Counted from the first letter of the whole stretch, positions 1 to 11,542 are shown. The stretch: DNA of 63,716 nt, filler included, from Licmophora abbreviata (GCA_900291995.1; 9 parts of 9 records of this genome joined end to end with filler, not necessarily neighbours in it); one strand, 5' to 3'. The notes: generated by a model from the sequence alone, not told the origin. A program made the numbers and translations.

Positions 1-251
1 GGTACAAAATAAGTCGTGTTCTAGCTCTAAAAGATGTAGCAGTAGCTCCCGTACTGCATGGGATAGTAGAAACGCATTGGATAAGCTTTTTCGACGAGTT
101 GTTATACTCATAGTACTGCTTGAGGTGCTGCTACTTCTGGAGTGACACAAGATTCATGGCACACCTGCCAAGGTCTTCCCACCTAGTCTACCAGCTAGAT
201 AACTGCAAAAGAAACATAGGCTGACTATGGTCGAGACTTACGGACTTCAAC

Positions 252-1352
252 TTACTCGGCATACAATTTAGTGGTAGACGCAATGTGCCGTTTGGCAAAG
301 TACGCGAGGCGGGGCTTCTTGGGCGCAGATCCACCGCCCTCTTTGGAGCCAGAAACGAAGGCGTTCATCTGTAACTGCTGACGTTTCACTCCATCCGAAT
401 CAAAACCATTACTATCATCGTCTTCGTCGGCTTCCCATTCGACGAGGACTCCATTTTTTTGGACAGCGTCTTTTGCAGGCCCCCAGCTAAACCGGACGAG
501 AGAAGGATAACAAAAGACTCGATCCGACAGGTTATTTTCCATCCATACCTTGCACTTTGGATCGCCGGGGTAACCAGATCCAAATTCGAGACCACCTTCT
601 GCTTCGTATTGAGCTTCAGACCATCGCCAAGATTCAATGATGCGATCTCTTGCCACCTTGGCGACGACGGACGCAACAGAGCATTGGACATACTTGGCGT
701 CGGCCTTCTTTTCAACTACAAAACGAACTCCGTGCCCCGCAAAGACCCGCTCCAAGAGCGTCTGATAGCTCGAAGCAATTCCAACAGTGTCAATGTAGCA
801 CGTGTCAATCTTGATTCCAGCGTCCAAGACAGCCCGGATCATTTGCATTGCCGCATCGTGTGACATGGCGTTCAAATTGTACGGTTCGCTGCGAAGCATA
901 TTCCGCGAAATCTCAGAAGCATTCAGCACACGCAAGACGAAGCCAATCTGTGGTGTCTCAAGTGTCTTCTCAAAAAGAGCAGACCGAGTTTCGGCAGTGA
1001 GAACTTTGGAATCATTGAATCCCTTTGGGATGTGCTCTTCGTCCTTGGGGCTCCAAAACGCAGCGCCGTACGTCATTGGTCCAAGGACAGGCCCTCTGCC
1101 CGCCTCATCGATTCCCATTATGACTCCCGAATTACGAGCGTTGGCGGGAACATCCGACATGAGCAGAGGACCGCCACCGTGGACGTCGGATGGAGCCGGT
1201 CGTTGCCCGTTAATCAATGCTTGCATGACTTTGACGGTATCATCACGAGAAGACTGGGGTTTGTCGGTAGTGATCGTCGCGAGAAGTAGCTCCTTCATTT
1301 GTTCCTCTTCCTCTGCCTGCGCGGTGTTGTCGTCGGAAGCCTCGACTGACAT
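252..1352 (-). CDS. RNASEH2A: Ribonuclease H2 catalytic subunit A
   Basis: Motifs GIDEAGRGPVLGPM, DSK, YIDTVG, KADAKY..SVASVVAKVARD and FGSGYPGDP. Intronless; probable ATG at 1352 (MSVEAS). Confidence 0.95.
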   Translation of the reverse strand: MSVEASDDNTAQAEEEEQMKELLLATITTDKPQSSRDDTVKVMQALINGQRPAPSDVHGGGPLLMSDVPANARNSGVIMGIDEAGRGPVLGPMTYGAAFWSPKDEEHIPKGFNDSKVLTAETRSALFEKTLETPQIGFVLRVLNASEISRNMLRSEPYNLNAMSHDAAMQMIRAVLDAGIKIDTCYIDTVGIASSYQTLLERVFAGHGVRFVVEKKADAKYVQCSVASVVAKVARDRIIESWRWSEAQYEAEGGLEFGSGYPGDPKCKVWMENNLSDRVFCYPSLVRFSWGPAKDAVQKNGVLVEWEADEDDDSNGFDSDGVKRQQLQMNAFVSGSKEGGGSAPKKPRLAYFAKRHIASTTKLYAE

Positions 1353-1810
1353 TGTGTCAAGAGGAAGCCGAGGTCGATGAACAGCGACGATGCAATCGCG
1401 CAATGACAAAGTGCTCACATCGCATCAAATCCAAAGAGTTTGGAATGTGGGAGCAGATTTTTTGGCGCGGCATGCAAGGTTTCGACCTCTTCGACTTTTT
1501 CAAAACTTCAACATCGCCATCGGACAAAATTGGCGGATCCAAATTTTGTGCTTCGCGCATTCGCTATCCTTTCATCAATACAGTTTGATGTAGTTCTAAC
1601 ATCCCTGCCATATACCATATATCGATATACAACACCCAAAGTGATTGCCCACACCAGCGATTGTGAACATTTCGATCGCTGCAACGCGACTCACATCACC
1701 ATATGTCTCCTAAACAACGCAGATATCCAAAGAGCTGCACTTGTTGACAAAGCAAGAGTAACAGTGAGTGCTGGGGACCCCGCATGGCTTGATATAGATA
1801 CGCAGAAATC

Positions 1811-3037
1811 ATGGAGCGACCAGAATCAATGGGAGAAGACGATAGGTCATCAGAAGGCCCACTTGCGAAAGTCACCATTCAGGAGATCAAGGGCATTAGT
1901 GTGGTGGCAAAGACAGAATCTCCTACTGAGTCGCCGTTTCTGCCATCTTCGTGTCGGGGCGAGGTGCACGAGAATCCAATTCCCCGAGTTCAGTGCTTGA
2001 CTGCTGCTGTGGCTTTCAGCGGGTCTGCGAAGGATATGCAGGTTGCATCGAATTGCGTCTGTTCGAAAACGGGTAATGTGGTTGTCGAGTCGCAGCCTGC
2101 GACACTACCGCGTTCCTTTCGACACGACAAGCACACGGGTAGCGCATATCCTATTGTTGCAGAATGGAGCGAATCAGATGGGTCTGTAGTGCCTCCCGAC
2201 GGATCGTCGCGGTCTTTTTCATCTCGGGGCTCCCTAAATCCTCACGTGACGATTCGTCTACCGTCGAAAGATCCGAATGTGCCAGCTGTGGCGCTTGCCA
2301 AACTAAACCGTGATTGCAACGTCATTCACGAAGAAGACGAACCCCCTTCACTAGGGGCGTCTGATGAAAGTAGTACTGCATCGGACTTTGCGCACGAACT
2401 CGACCAAATTCAAGAGGATAGCAGTATGGTGTGGTCCGCAGCCTCCGACGTCATGCCAGAGATCATGGAGCTGAATGTTTCGCTAATTGTTCAGCCAGAA
2501 GAGGCTGGTGCTTATAGCTCCCCAGAGACAATACAAGTCGGTATCGCATATGTCTGCTTCTTTGGGAACGACGCGGGGAGCACTATTTTGGATCTTCCGA
2601 TCAAGAAGCATCCGAAGGCCTTGCAAGCTACATCGGTGACTCCTCTGGTCTTGCTAGAGGAAGATGCATTACTCCGTGTGCGAGTCGATATTGTCAACTC
2701 AGAACATGGGCCGAAACCAGTCTTGGGTGAGGACCTTCACGCGGAGTTTCTTCTGCCGAATGATGGAGGTCTGGATCCAATTCTCCAAAAGCTTTGCGAA
2801 GCACAGGACAACCACCGAACCTTGCGTCGGAAATCAGCAGAATTGCGTGCCAATGAGAGGTCCGGTCCTCGTGTGGTGCCTCCTCGGAAGTCATTTTCGT
2901 GTCTGACTGTTGGACTTGTGGAAGCATGGAGCTCGCTATCAGATGCAGTTACAAAATGCGAAGACGGGACTCGGGGGCTGTACCATGCTAACTCAATGAC
3001 TTCGACCATAATGACCGCTGATTCGCTTGATATATGA
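1811..3037 (+). CDS. Hypothetical protein, possible C2-like beta-sandwich; paralog-like to 7618-9153
   Basis: 408-aa ATG-initiated ORF; spaced beta-strand blocks (KVTIQEIKGI, TAAVAFS, IVAEW, IMELNVSL, VGIAYV, LLRVRVDI) occur in the same order as in the 7618 ORF. Confidence 0.6.
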   Translation: MERPESMGEDDRSSEGPLAKVTIQEIKGISVVAKTESPTESPFLPSSCRGEVHENPIPRVQCLTAAVAFSGSAKDMQVASNCVCSKTGNVVVESQPATLPRSFRHDKHTGSAYPIVAEWSESDGSVVPPDGSSRSFSSRGSLNPHVTIRLPSKDPNVPAVALAKLNRDCNVIHEEDEPPSLGASDESSTASDFAHELDQIQEDSSMVWSAASDVMPEIMELNVSLIVQPEEAGAYSSPETIQVGIAYVCFFGNDAGSTILDLPIKKHPKALQATSVTPLVLLEEDALLRVRVDIVNSEHGPKPVLGEDLHAEFLLPNDGGLDPILQKLCEAQDNHRTLRRKSAELRANERSGPRVVPPRKSFSCLTVGLVEAWSSLSDAVTKCEDGTRGLYHANSMTSTIMTADSLDI

Positions 3038-3155
3038 CGCAATTATTCCAAGCGAGGGAAAGTCAGTCTATTCTTATTCCATAACAAAATCACCACGTAC
3101 TAAACGTTATTCGAAACTGTGATAGAAAGGGCGTAGCCTCGAATTGTTCTTTCGA

Positions 3156-4638
3156 TCAGTTACATCGAACCTGAAAGCGTCCGCTCTTGGTAATGTTCCG
3201 CACGCCCTTGTAAGGCCGAAAGCTTTCGCCAGTAAGACTCAATCCGCTGACACTCAGTCCACTAACCGAGGCCAGTGGGATCTTCCAATGAAGACTCAGA
3301 TTCTGATTTTCTTCCGGACGACGACTTCCCTCCAGTACCATTGTTCCTTGTAGCTGAGGTTTCTTTTGTGTATCGACCTTTCCAACCGTCCACTTGGCGA
3401 CTTTACGCGCTTCGTCGTATATGACATGCCCCATGGTGACACTCAAGTCAGCCGTCCGAACTGTCTTTGGAAATGGAATAATGACCGCGACCTCTTCCAC
3501 CAACATTGGTCCTTTGCGTGATGCCGATAAGATGAGAGAGCTGACGGACCGCACACCCAACGTCAACGCGATGCGTCCTGAAAGTGTCGAAGTCCCTCCG
3601 GTCGTGCTGGTGTCCCCGTAGCTCCATTGCGGATGGCAGTAAATCGGCGGATGAAACATGCGAGCCTTCGAATTCCGAACTCGATATCGCATCAGCTCAA
3701 AATTTCCATCCGGGGGTACGAAGGAAACCACTCTATCATTTTCGTATCGACCGTACCGGACACAGGGGTGGAACGAGCAGTCGTCAATGACTTCAGGGTC
3801 TTTGAATGTCAATAGCAAGTCGGGCACTCCGCTAAGATGCGACTGCGCTTGGATCGATCCAGAAACATCAGAGGAAATGACGTTGCCCATGACATCCAAC
3901 AGAACATCGACTTCTTCAACAATATCGATATAAATTTCGTTCTGCGTGTACTTGACACCCGCCGCACGCCATGGCATGTTGGAAATCGTTCCACTGGGAA
4001 GTGCATCTGACACGATCGCATTCGAGCCTCCTGTTACTACCGATTGGATCTGTATATATTGAATTCAAGAGTAGGACATACGACGTGAGCACTGATGTCG
4101 ATTGTAATTCAATGCAATCCTGAACCCTCATAGTATTCACCTTTCCCATGACGGTCGGTGGTCGAATCATGGCCTTCAAGGCATTGGGTTCTGTTGTGAG
4201 CGGCCATCCATAGTCGACCATTTCTTCGAGAAGCTGATAGACAGTACTGAAATTATCTTTAACAGCACTCTCGTCGGCAGGACTTCCAAAGTAATCGACA
4301 AAGATATCAGCGACGCGATGTAGAAATTCCAAAATCAAGAGCGGACTGACTTCGGCTGGGCAGATTGCCAAGTAGCTGAGGCCATCGCGCAGTATCGAAA
4401 GGAGGTAGAGGGTCCCGTGATTCTGTTCTGGGACTTCCATCACAGGCGGAACGCTCGTTTCGTAAAAGTCATCTGAGCACAGCACTGTCGAAGTGGTTGA
4501 GACGCCTCCGTGGTGGGGACGAGAGGCGCTGGCTCGTTCCCAGTAGTAGTCGCAAACGGAGCGGGACGTGACTCCACGAAAATGGCGTTCAATCAGCACT
4601 TCGCCGATAGGGGACATAATGAATATAGATTGAATCAT
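3156..4638 (-). CDS. AP3M: AP-3 adaptor complex mu subunit (2 exons; intron 4050-4140)
   Basis: MIQSIFI..GEVLIERHFR, KDNFSTVYQLLEEMVDYGWPLTTEPN, PWRAAGVKYTQNEIYID, DDCSFHPCVR, SFVPPDGNFELM, PYKGVR. The GT-AG intron joins MGK|IQSVV in frame. Confidence 0.93.
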
Positions 4639-5001
4639 TGTCCGCGTTCTCTGTCGGAGAAAGTCGGTTCGACAAGTAAAATGAGGGATAGGAACGAGAA
4701 GGGCAACAGCGGCAGTCGTCAAGTCATCAAGCTCAAAGCGCCATGGTCGTGGGGGAGATGCGTCTTGATGCCGTGATGAGAGAGCAGACCATGAGCTTGG
4801 ACGACAGACAGACAAAAATTGAAGATGTGTCTCTTACTTCGCGCGGTTTCTGATGGATCGTTTTCGCGCGAAAGCACATTCTCTCTGATCTCAACATTGC
4901 ACATTGAACATTACACCGTCACCTTCTTCTGTCTCTCGTCGTCAAATAGTCACACCATTCTTGCCAACGAAGAAAGAATCCCCTCATTAGCTTGTTCTAC
5001 C

Positions 5002-7090
5002 ATGCCGTCTCCCAGAAAAGCAACCGATGTGGCAGATGTAGAAAATGGTCGACCGGAAGGACCAGAGGAATTGCGCTCGACTAGACGAACTCGGTCCCAG
5101 ATAGCATTCGTAAGATCCCCCAGCGTGGTGGACGGTGGGAACGGAACATCGGTCTCGATCTGTTATACGAATTATGTTCTCATCAGCTATGTCTCTCGTT
5201 TCTATTTTTCTCTTTTCTATAGCTCCGTCATTCTAGTGATNNNNNNNNNNNNNNNNNNNNNNNNNNNNNNNNNNNNNNNNNNNNTTAATTAATTAANNNN
5301 NNNNNNNNNNNNNNNNNNNNNNNNNNNNNNNNNNNNNNNNTTTTCTATAGCTCCGTCATTCTAGTGATTGTGGTGCCATGGGTGCGGGGCGGCGATTTCG
5401 AACCAAGGCCCAACACACGTTCCGAAAGGTCTGCTGTCCGGCACATGCGAAGAAGGCCTCAGAGTCGGAGGACCAGGAAGGTCAAGAGGAAAAGCGACTG
5501 CAATATCGCTTGGAAGCGACGAGACATGTGAGTTACAGGTGATATCGTTTCGAGTGGAAGGGGATCCACAACTGGCTTGATGACTCATTTGGTCCTCTAA
5601 TTTCCCAAATTAATTTCTCCAGACGAAAAAGAAATGGTATCAAATGTTCTGCTGTGGTATGGGTGCCAAAAGGGAAAGGAACGTCTCTCTGATCGGAGTA
5701 TCGTCGAACCAGAAGCTCGCTCAATACTTGCATTGGCTCTTCCGCATCAACTTCTTCTTTCTCTTCTCCATCTGTTGTGTCCTTTTCTTCGCCTTGACAT
5801 TTCTCTTTGCGGCACTCATTTTGATTGCGGGCGGAGTGGACGCAACGTGTGTTCTCATTGGGGGCGAGCCTTTTAACTCGCATGGGACCCCTTTTGCGGA
5901 CGCATTTGCGCTAAGTTGGACGACCTTTAGTACAGTGGTAAGCTTGAAAGAGTGTCGGCCTATCGGTTATTGTGTCCTTGTCAGTTGTCTGACCTCACTC
6001 TTGTCCATTGCTCTGGAATCTATTCACTGCCTCATAGGGGTACGGGAGCACGTATCCCGCATTGAGTCCCGAGACGAACAGTAAGAGCAATTGTCTTTTC
6101 ATTACGGCAATCTGCTCCCTTGAGTCATTCATCGGGGTGCTGTACTCTGGTTTCTGCGGAGCCATTCTGTTTGGAAAGGTACTCCGTATCCAGAGCCACG
6201 CCCAAGTCATCTTCAGTGACCCAGTCGTGATTCGATACGGAAGTGGAGTGGAAAACTCTGTGGACGACGGTATCGACGAGGGCGAACACGATGACGAGCC
6301 GAAACACATTCCTTGTCCCATCCTTGAGTTTCGTATCATCAATCGACTCTACAACGAAGTGGGGGGAGAAATCATGGACGCATCGTTGAATGTTGTAGGT
6401 GCTGTCGACGCGAATGACGTTGACCCGACTGTCCGTGATGCAATGGACCCCGAACGCGTGCGGTATCTCCGCGCCCACCACGGAGTCAGTCTTGCCGGAA
6501 GCTCGGACAGGAGCTCGGGCACTACCAGCGACGCGAGCTCCGAGTCGGGGCTCGAAGGACCGTCATCTCACTCGAGTAGATATAGCAAGATGATGGATCC
6601 GCTCGCATCAATTCTTCATGGCGGACACAAAGATCACCGGCTCGTAGATGAGGAGCCATCATCCCGCCTTACTAGCAAGCGAGTCTTCTCCAAGCTGCTT
6701 ATCGAAGCGAGCGAGCACCCATTCTTCAAGCGTGTCTGGGTAGCTCGTCACATCCTGGATGACCACTCACCAATTCTTACTCCGCGCGCCCGAAAAGCGA
6801 TTCGCAAGAATCATGGGTACTGGCCCGACAATCTCGACAGCTACGAGGGCGTCAAAGATAGCTTGCAGTTTCACCAAATTCTCGTTAGTCTGAGCGGCGT
6901 CTCCAACGTGAGCGCCTCGGATGTCTATGCGCAAAAGATCTACGATGCTGTGGATGTCAATGTTGGATATCAGTTTGTTAACCTCCTATACCGAGATGTC
7001 GACGGAAGTCTGAAAATCGATACAGACCTCATCAACGATGTTAGGGAACAGAATGGCGGCGGCGGTGAGCCACTCTTGTTCGATGTTTAA
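5002..7090 (+). CDS. Inward-rectifier (Kir)-like potassium channel, 4 exons, spanning the first assembly gap
   Basis: Introns 5110-5222, 5528-5622 and 5938-6037 restore a continuous frame (once the 28-bp duplication across the gap is collapsed). Two TM segments flank DAFALSWTTFSTV|GYG (K+ filter TVGYG). The cytoplasmic Kir-type region includes VIFSDPVVI, ILEFRIIN, RHILDDHSPI, AQKIY and GYQFVNL. Confidence 0.8.
5241..5340. other. Artificial scaffold spacer N44-TTAATTAATTAA-N44
   Basis: 100-nt spacer with a six-frame stop linker; bases 5213-5240 are repeated at 5341-5368. Confidence 0.98.
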
Positions 7091-7400
7091 ACAGCGACTT
7101 GCTTTCCGCTAGCTTTGACTGTACCTCCACTTGGACGCACGACAAGAATGAATGCGCATCTACGTGCGATAAATCCATAACAAGAACTTGGACGTAGTAG
7201 ATCAACGCCAGGAGCACTGTAATCTCTGAAAGATGTGATAAGGGTAGAAGTAGCAGGGTAACTGGTAAGGACGGGCCCGCGGTTATCGCAAATTGTTCAG
7301 TACTCGAAATTTAGGCGTAGCAGCTATCCTTCGTCCCAATCACCCCTCTTAATTGATGAATTGCTAATACATTACACGCAGATAGACGGGACGGCACACC

Positions 7401-7530
7401 GTCAGGCTAGAAACAATTAGTCAGGCCTCATCAGTCAGGCATCACACAGTCAGTCGAATCAATGTATTTGACTGATTCGACTCAAAGCTTCCCTTCTCTT
7501 TGAAGGAGGAGGCAACGTATTCTATATAAA
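7401..7530. promoter_or_regulatory. Putative promoter region: GTCAGGC/CAGTCA repeats, 10-bp inverted repeat and TATA-like box
   Basis: GTCAGGC at 7401, 7420 and 7434; AGTCGAATCA (7452-7461) pairs with TGATTCGACT (7473-7482); TATATAAA near 7523, upstream of the 7618 ORF. Confidence 0.3.
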
Positions 7531-7617
7531 ACATCATGATACGGTTCACCTTTAATTGTTTTTCGATACACGGTACTCGGATGATACGTCCGATCTGGAG
7601 ATCCGCTCACAAAAAAA

Positions 7618-9153
7618 TTGGCGAGTGATGGCAGCTACGAGGTACCTGTCATCGGTATCGGCGAGCCTTCTTTGTTTTCTTCTGCCCCAATCAACAAGCA
7701 CAAGACGATCGGACCTATCTCACATCACCGCTGGGGACGAAGAACAGCCAAATCTTCACCAATGTCGACCACAAATCCAGATCGCCGTCCGCCGCTGGTA
7801 CCTCTGGACACTACTGCTGAGATGGCACCCACAATTCGCCTTGGGGCGCAAGACGACGTCTCGGCACTTCATCACGACGCCTTATTCGACTTTGGGGGGG
7901 ACAATGAATTTGAGCTTATGCATGTTACCATAACTCTACATGGACTGACAGGAATTACTGCCGAAAAATCATTGAAAAAGAAGAAAGGGTTTGCTCGCCG
8001 ATCGTCGTTCGCACATAGGTCAAGAAACAGCACGAAAACTGATGCAACAAACCCCGACATATCCGTCACGTCCGTCGCATCGTCTGTGACGAGCACAGAT
8101 GTATCATCATCATTGGAGAGTGCAAATAAAAAAGCTCCCACTACAGCTATTGTCTCCTTCAGCCGAAATGTGTCCAACAGTGACACCAAGATATACACTC
8201 ACTTGCCGAGCATTCCGATTGGATTCCCATCCTCTTCATACGGCAAGGCCAGTCGTTACCTAGCGAGTTGGCCAGAAGCGCCATCACCACTTCTCAATCC
8301 GATGCAAGAAGAGTACGCTACGGCATCGTCATTCACTTTCCTCCGCGTCATGATGAGGGAGCCAATCGTTCCAGGTGGTCGTCGCGACTACTCTACCATG
8401 TCGACTTATGTCCATCAAACTATCGACATGCGTGTCAATCTCGCCAGAGGAAAGGAATTGATCGCTCTTGGCACTGCCTCCATTGCCATCAGCGGCGACG
8501 AGGAATCTGCTGTTATGACGAGTGTACCTGTGAAGCCTGTCAAAACGCGGGAGAGAAATCTCGCATCAACACCTGATAGTTTGAGCAAGCATTTCTTCAA
8601 AAGGAATGGCAAAAAGAGATCATCTTTTCCAAGTGAGCCGTTGGTGCGGTACAACATCGATGACAACTCAACTCTTCGTGTAACTGTGCAGGTCATGCCT
8701 CACCAAGCTCTCATGGATGCAGAAGAACGCAAGAAGGCGAAAGAGATTCACTTCCGGAGGCTGCAGGAAAGGGCAAAGGAAGAGTCGTTGATTGCCCAGA
8801 GGCTTGCTACATGCTCACCAAGATTTGTTTTGAAGAAAGGGCCCAAAGAAGAGATAGATCAAGATGAAAACAACCCACGGACAAGTTTCTTTCAGATATT
8901 TGCATGTGGTCATGCATGCAGCATGTCCAACGAAGAGAAGGAATTTGCACCATCAAAACATCTGACGCCGTCTCTTGCAGACGACGCGTCGTCCTTTGAT
9001 GAGAGCGAAATTCTCGACAGCGACTCTGAGTCACATCATTCGTCTATGGTTAGCTCAGTGTCCGAGTCGGAATCGGATTCTGAAAGCGAAGATGGGTCGA
9101 GAGGCGATAGATTTCTCTACAAAAAGATTGTGATTCGAAAGAAGGTCTTGTAG
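7618..9153 (+). CDS. Hypothetical protein, possible C2-like domain with Ser/acidic C-terminal tail (start uncertain)
   Basis: 511-codon open frame (listed start is TTG; true ATG probably downstream or in an upstream exon); blocks VTITLHGLTGI, TAIVSFSR, YLASW, TIDMRVNL, LGTASIAI, TLRVTVQV. Confidence 0.6.
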   Translation: MASDGSYEVPVIGIGEPSLFSSAPINKHKTIGPISHHRWGRRTAKSSPMSTTNPDRRPPLVPLDTTAEMAPTIRLGAQDDVSALHHDALFDFGGDNEFELMHVTITLHGLTGITAEKSLKKKKGFARRSSFAHRSRNSTKTDATNPDISVTSVASSVTSTDVSSSLESANKKAPTTAIVSFSRNVSNSDTKIYTHLPSIPIGFPSSSYGKASRYLASWPEAPSPLLNPMQEEYATASSFTFLRVMMREPIVPGGRRDYSTMSTYVHQTIDMRVNLARGKELIALGTASIAISGDEESAVMTSVPVKPVKTRERNLASTPDSLSKHFFKRNGKKRSSFPSEPLVRYNIDDNSTLRVTVQVMPHQALMDAEERKKAKEIHFRRLQERAKEESLIAQRLATCSPRFVLKKGPKEEIDQDENNPRTSFFQIFACGHACSMSNEEKEFAPSKHLTPSLADDASSFDESEILDSDSESHHSSMVSSVSESESDSESEDGSRGDRFLYKKIVIRKKVL

Positions 9154-9585
9154 AATCGTCAGCGGGTATAGGTATAAAAAATTGTGACTGAAGTAAATGT
9201 ATTGCAACCGATTTCCATATGCACGAGCCTCTAGCCACCGCTCTCATAGCGTTCTCTTCGTTGGGTTATTTGTAGAGCACTGCTGTGTTGCCGTTGACTT
9301 TCCGTCGGTGCTGTCTGTCCTCACCTTCCGAGATGCTCATCTCATTTTTAAGAAAAATATCTCTCCGCATGATCACACGGATGCTCCATCGTGGGTAGTG
9401 CAGCCGGTTCACCGAGTGCTACAGAATAATTTGAAGATTTAGAAAAGCTGTTGCGATCAGCTGCGTCGGACAACGTGCGGGATATACATTGGGATGAAGC
9501 ACCAGATCATATCTAGCTCAGCCCCGGACTTGACCAGCGTGCTCGTCCCCGATAGAGGTGAAGTCCCATATTTCTCTTTCGAGCT

Positions 9586-10270
9586 TCATTTGATCACTCG
9601 TGAGATGCTGCTATTCAAAAGCTCACTCTGATCTTGAAGGTCAGGCGAAACTCGAACTTCAATTGCCTTTCGGCAAATGTTAACGATCTCGTCTTCTTGC
9701 TTGTCGGTCATGATTGCGATTGTGGGAACGAAAGGCTCCAGTACACAGGGTGCGACGATCGTTGTCGGCTTCTTCGAAGTTGCACATATTGTAGTTCCGG
9801 AAGGATCGGCTAGCACCTCGAGTGTCGCTCGCTCCTCTTCCACATCTTTACCACAACCATGGAGAATATGTAGAAGCATATCCGTTCCCATCTTCTGATT
9901 GAAGTTATCGCCGTTGTCGTCGATGTCTCCCCACAGCGACGGTCCGCTATCGCTGTAGACGGCAGTCTTCATGTCAAGGCGCAGGTGGACGGTAGCATTC
10001 GACTCCAACGCATAGGCATACCTGTCATTCTCGAAAGAATGCTTCGGCTTGTCAGGACGTTTTCCGTACCAGCTGCCTTTTACAGGGCTTTCGATTGGAT
10101 GAACTGCCAGCTCTACGTTTTGTCAATCTTTGGGTCAACGAACACTGTCCAATCCTTAATATGGCCGCAATATCACAAGGGAGGTGCAACTTACTTTGAT
10201 CGGAGAGGCGCGATGTATCTCCTCAAAAGTCCTCTCCAATCGCTTTCCTTGAACACATCATGGGTTTGTG
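9586..10270 (-). CDS. Hypothetical protein, exon structure uncertain
   Basis: The 9586-10008 frame extends upstream (LAVHPIESPVKGSWYGK) to an AG acceptor near 10112, with a GTAAGT donor near 10194; no family recognised. Confidence 0.35.
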
Positions 10271-10603
10271 GGGCTAATTTCGTATGCCGGCGCGCGCAAT
10301 TACAGTCAAGATGCGTTGAGTCTAAATAATGCAGTACCGCGGTACTTTCTTTGTATAAAAGATGAAATAATTGTTTATTTAAGCATATTTAAGCGCGTCG
10401 GGCTCGCAAAAAGTACAGCGGCGCCGAAATAGAGATTGATGTGTTGTGATGGTCATTGTGGGTCTATTTGTCATGCCCAGGGTGGGGACCTTATCATTGT
10501 GAGCCCATATTGCCTTTGCATTCTGTCGTCGTGGGCCCTGATATCTCACTGAAAGCAGTGCAATCGCCCTTAAAAGCTATATTATTTATCCACAAACAAC
10601 ACA

Positions 10604-11542
10604 ATGATCCAGTCTCGATCTGACAAAAAGATCGTCTATCAACCTGGAGCGTCGTTGCGTCGTACCCGTACCGACATTTTGAGATGTCGACGTATTACCC
10701 TCATGCTCTCGATCGTTCTTCTCGTGGGATTTCTGTTTTGGATCACCAGCGACAGTGCTATCATGCTTGACTCGTTAGCGAAATTTGATCAGAGTACCGC
10801 ATTTAACATGGAGGCTTGTCTAACGGATGTGTTGCATCACTTGCCCATCGGTCAAGGGCGGGTAAGGTTGCGAACAAAAGGCAAGACGGGAGTCTTTGCA
10901 CATCACTACGATGCTCAAACTGGTTTCTGGAATCAAGACATTCGTTTTGATCCGCTACCACAGCTTCAGGGGAAGACATGTTCTGTATGGGAGGTCGGTG
11001 CTCATGAGAAGGCAGAGGATAGCGCTCAGCTGTTGAAGAGTTATCCAGCGTGCACATTTCATGCATACGAACCGATACCAGTCTTTTATGAGAGATTAAG
11101 TAAGACTTGGGCGAAAGATAATCGCGTTGTGACACATAACTATGGCATCGCGGAGAAAGATGGATTCTTTATGGTATCTCAGGAAGAATTGAAAGGCCAG
11201 TCGACATACATTGCAGACTCGGCGGCATCCTCGGACAACTCGATCAAAGCGACCGTCAAGAGTTTCGAGGTCGCTGTTAGAGAGGCAGGTGGACGTGTCC
11301 CAGATTTACTGCATGTAAACTGTGAGGGGTGCGAATGGACCATGATACCTCAGGCCAAGAAGGCCGGCCTGCTTGACCGAATCCCCGTCATCAATCTTGG
11401 AACACACAACTATCCGCACGATCGATTAGGAGAAAGATCACTACAGTTGTGCCAAATGAGATCGATGCTGAGCGAGACACACGATATGGTCAAAGGAATC
11501 CCATTCGGATGGGAAAGATGGGTGCTTAAGGAGGGCAGCTAA
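10604..11542 (+). CDS. FkbM-family SAM-dependent methyltransferase, type II membrane protein
   Basis: N-terminal TM anchor; VWEVGAH, FHAYEP, HNYGI, DLLHVNCEGCEW motifs. Confidence 0.75.
   Translation: MIQSRSDKKIVYQPGASLRRTRTDILRCRRITLMLSIVLLVGFLFWITSDSAIMLDSLAKFDQSTAFNMEACLTDVLHHLPIGQGRVRLRTKGKTGVFAHHYDAQTGFWNQDIRFDPLPQLQGKTCSVWEVGAHEKAEDSAQLLKSYPACTFHAYEPIPVFYERLSKTWAKDNRVVTHNYGIAEKDGFFMVSQEELKGQSTYIADSAASSDNSIKATVKSFEVAVREAGGRVPDLLHVNCEGCEWTMIPQAKKAGLLDRIPVINLGTHNYPHDRLGERSLQLCQMRSMLSETHDMVKGIPFGWERWVLKEGS

Noticed and set aside
802..1380. Many 60-250 aa antisense or alternate-frame ORFs (e.g. 802-1380, 15172-15915, 40262-40822, 55055-55579)
   Set aside because: Shadows of well-supported genes on the opposite strand or frame; no independent motifs.
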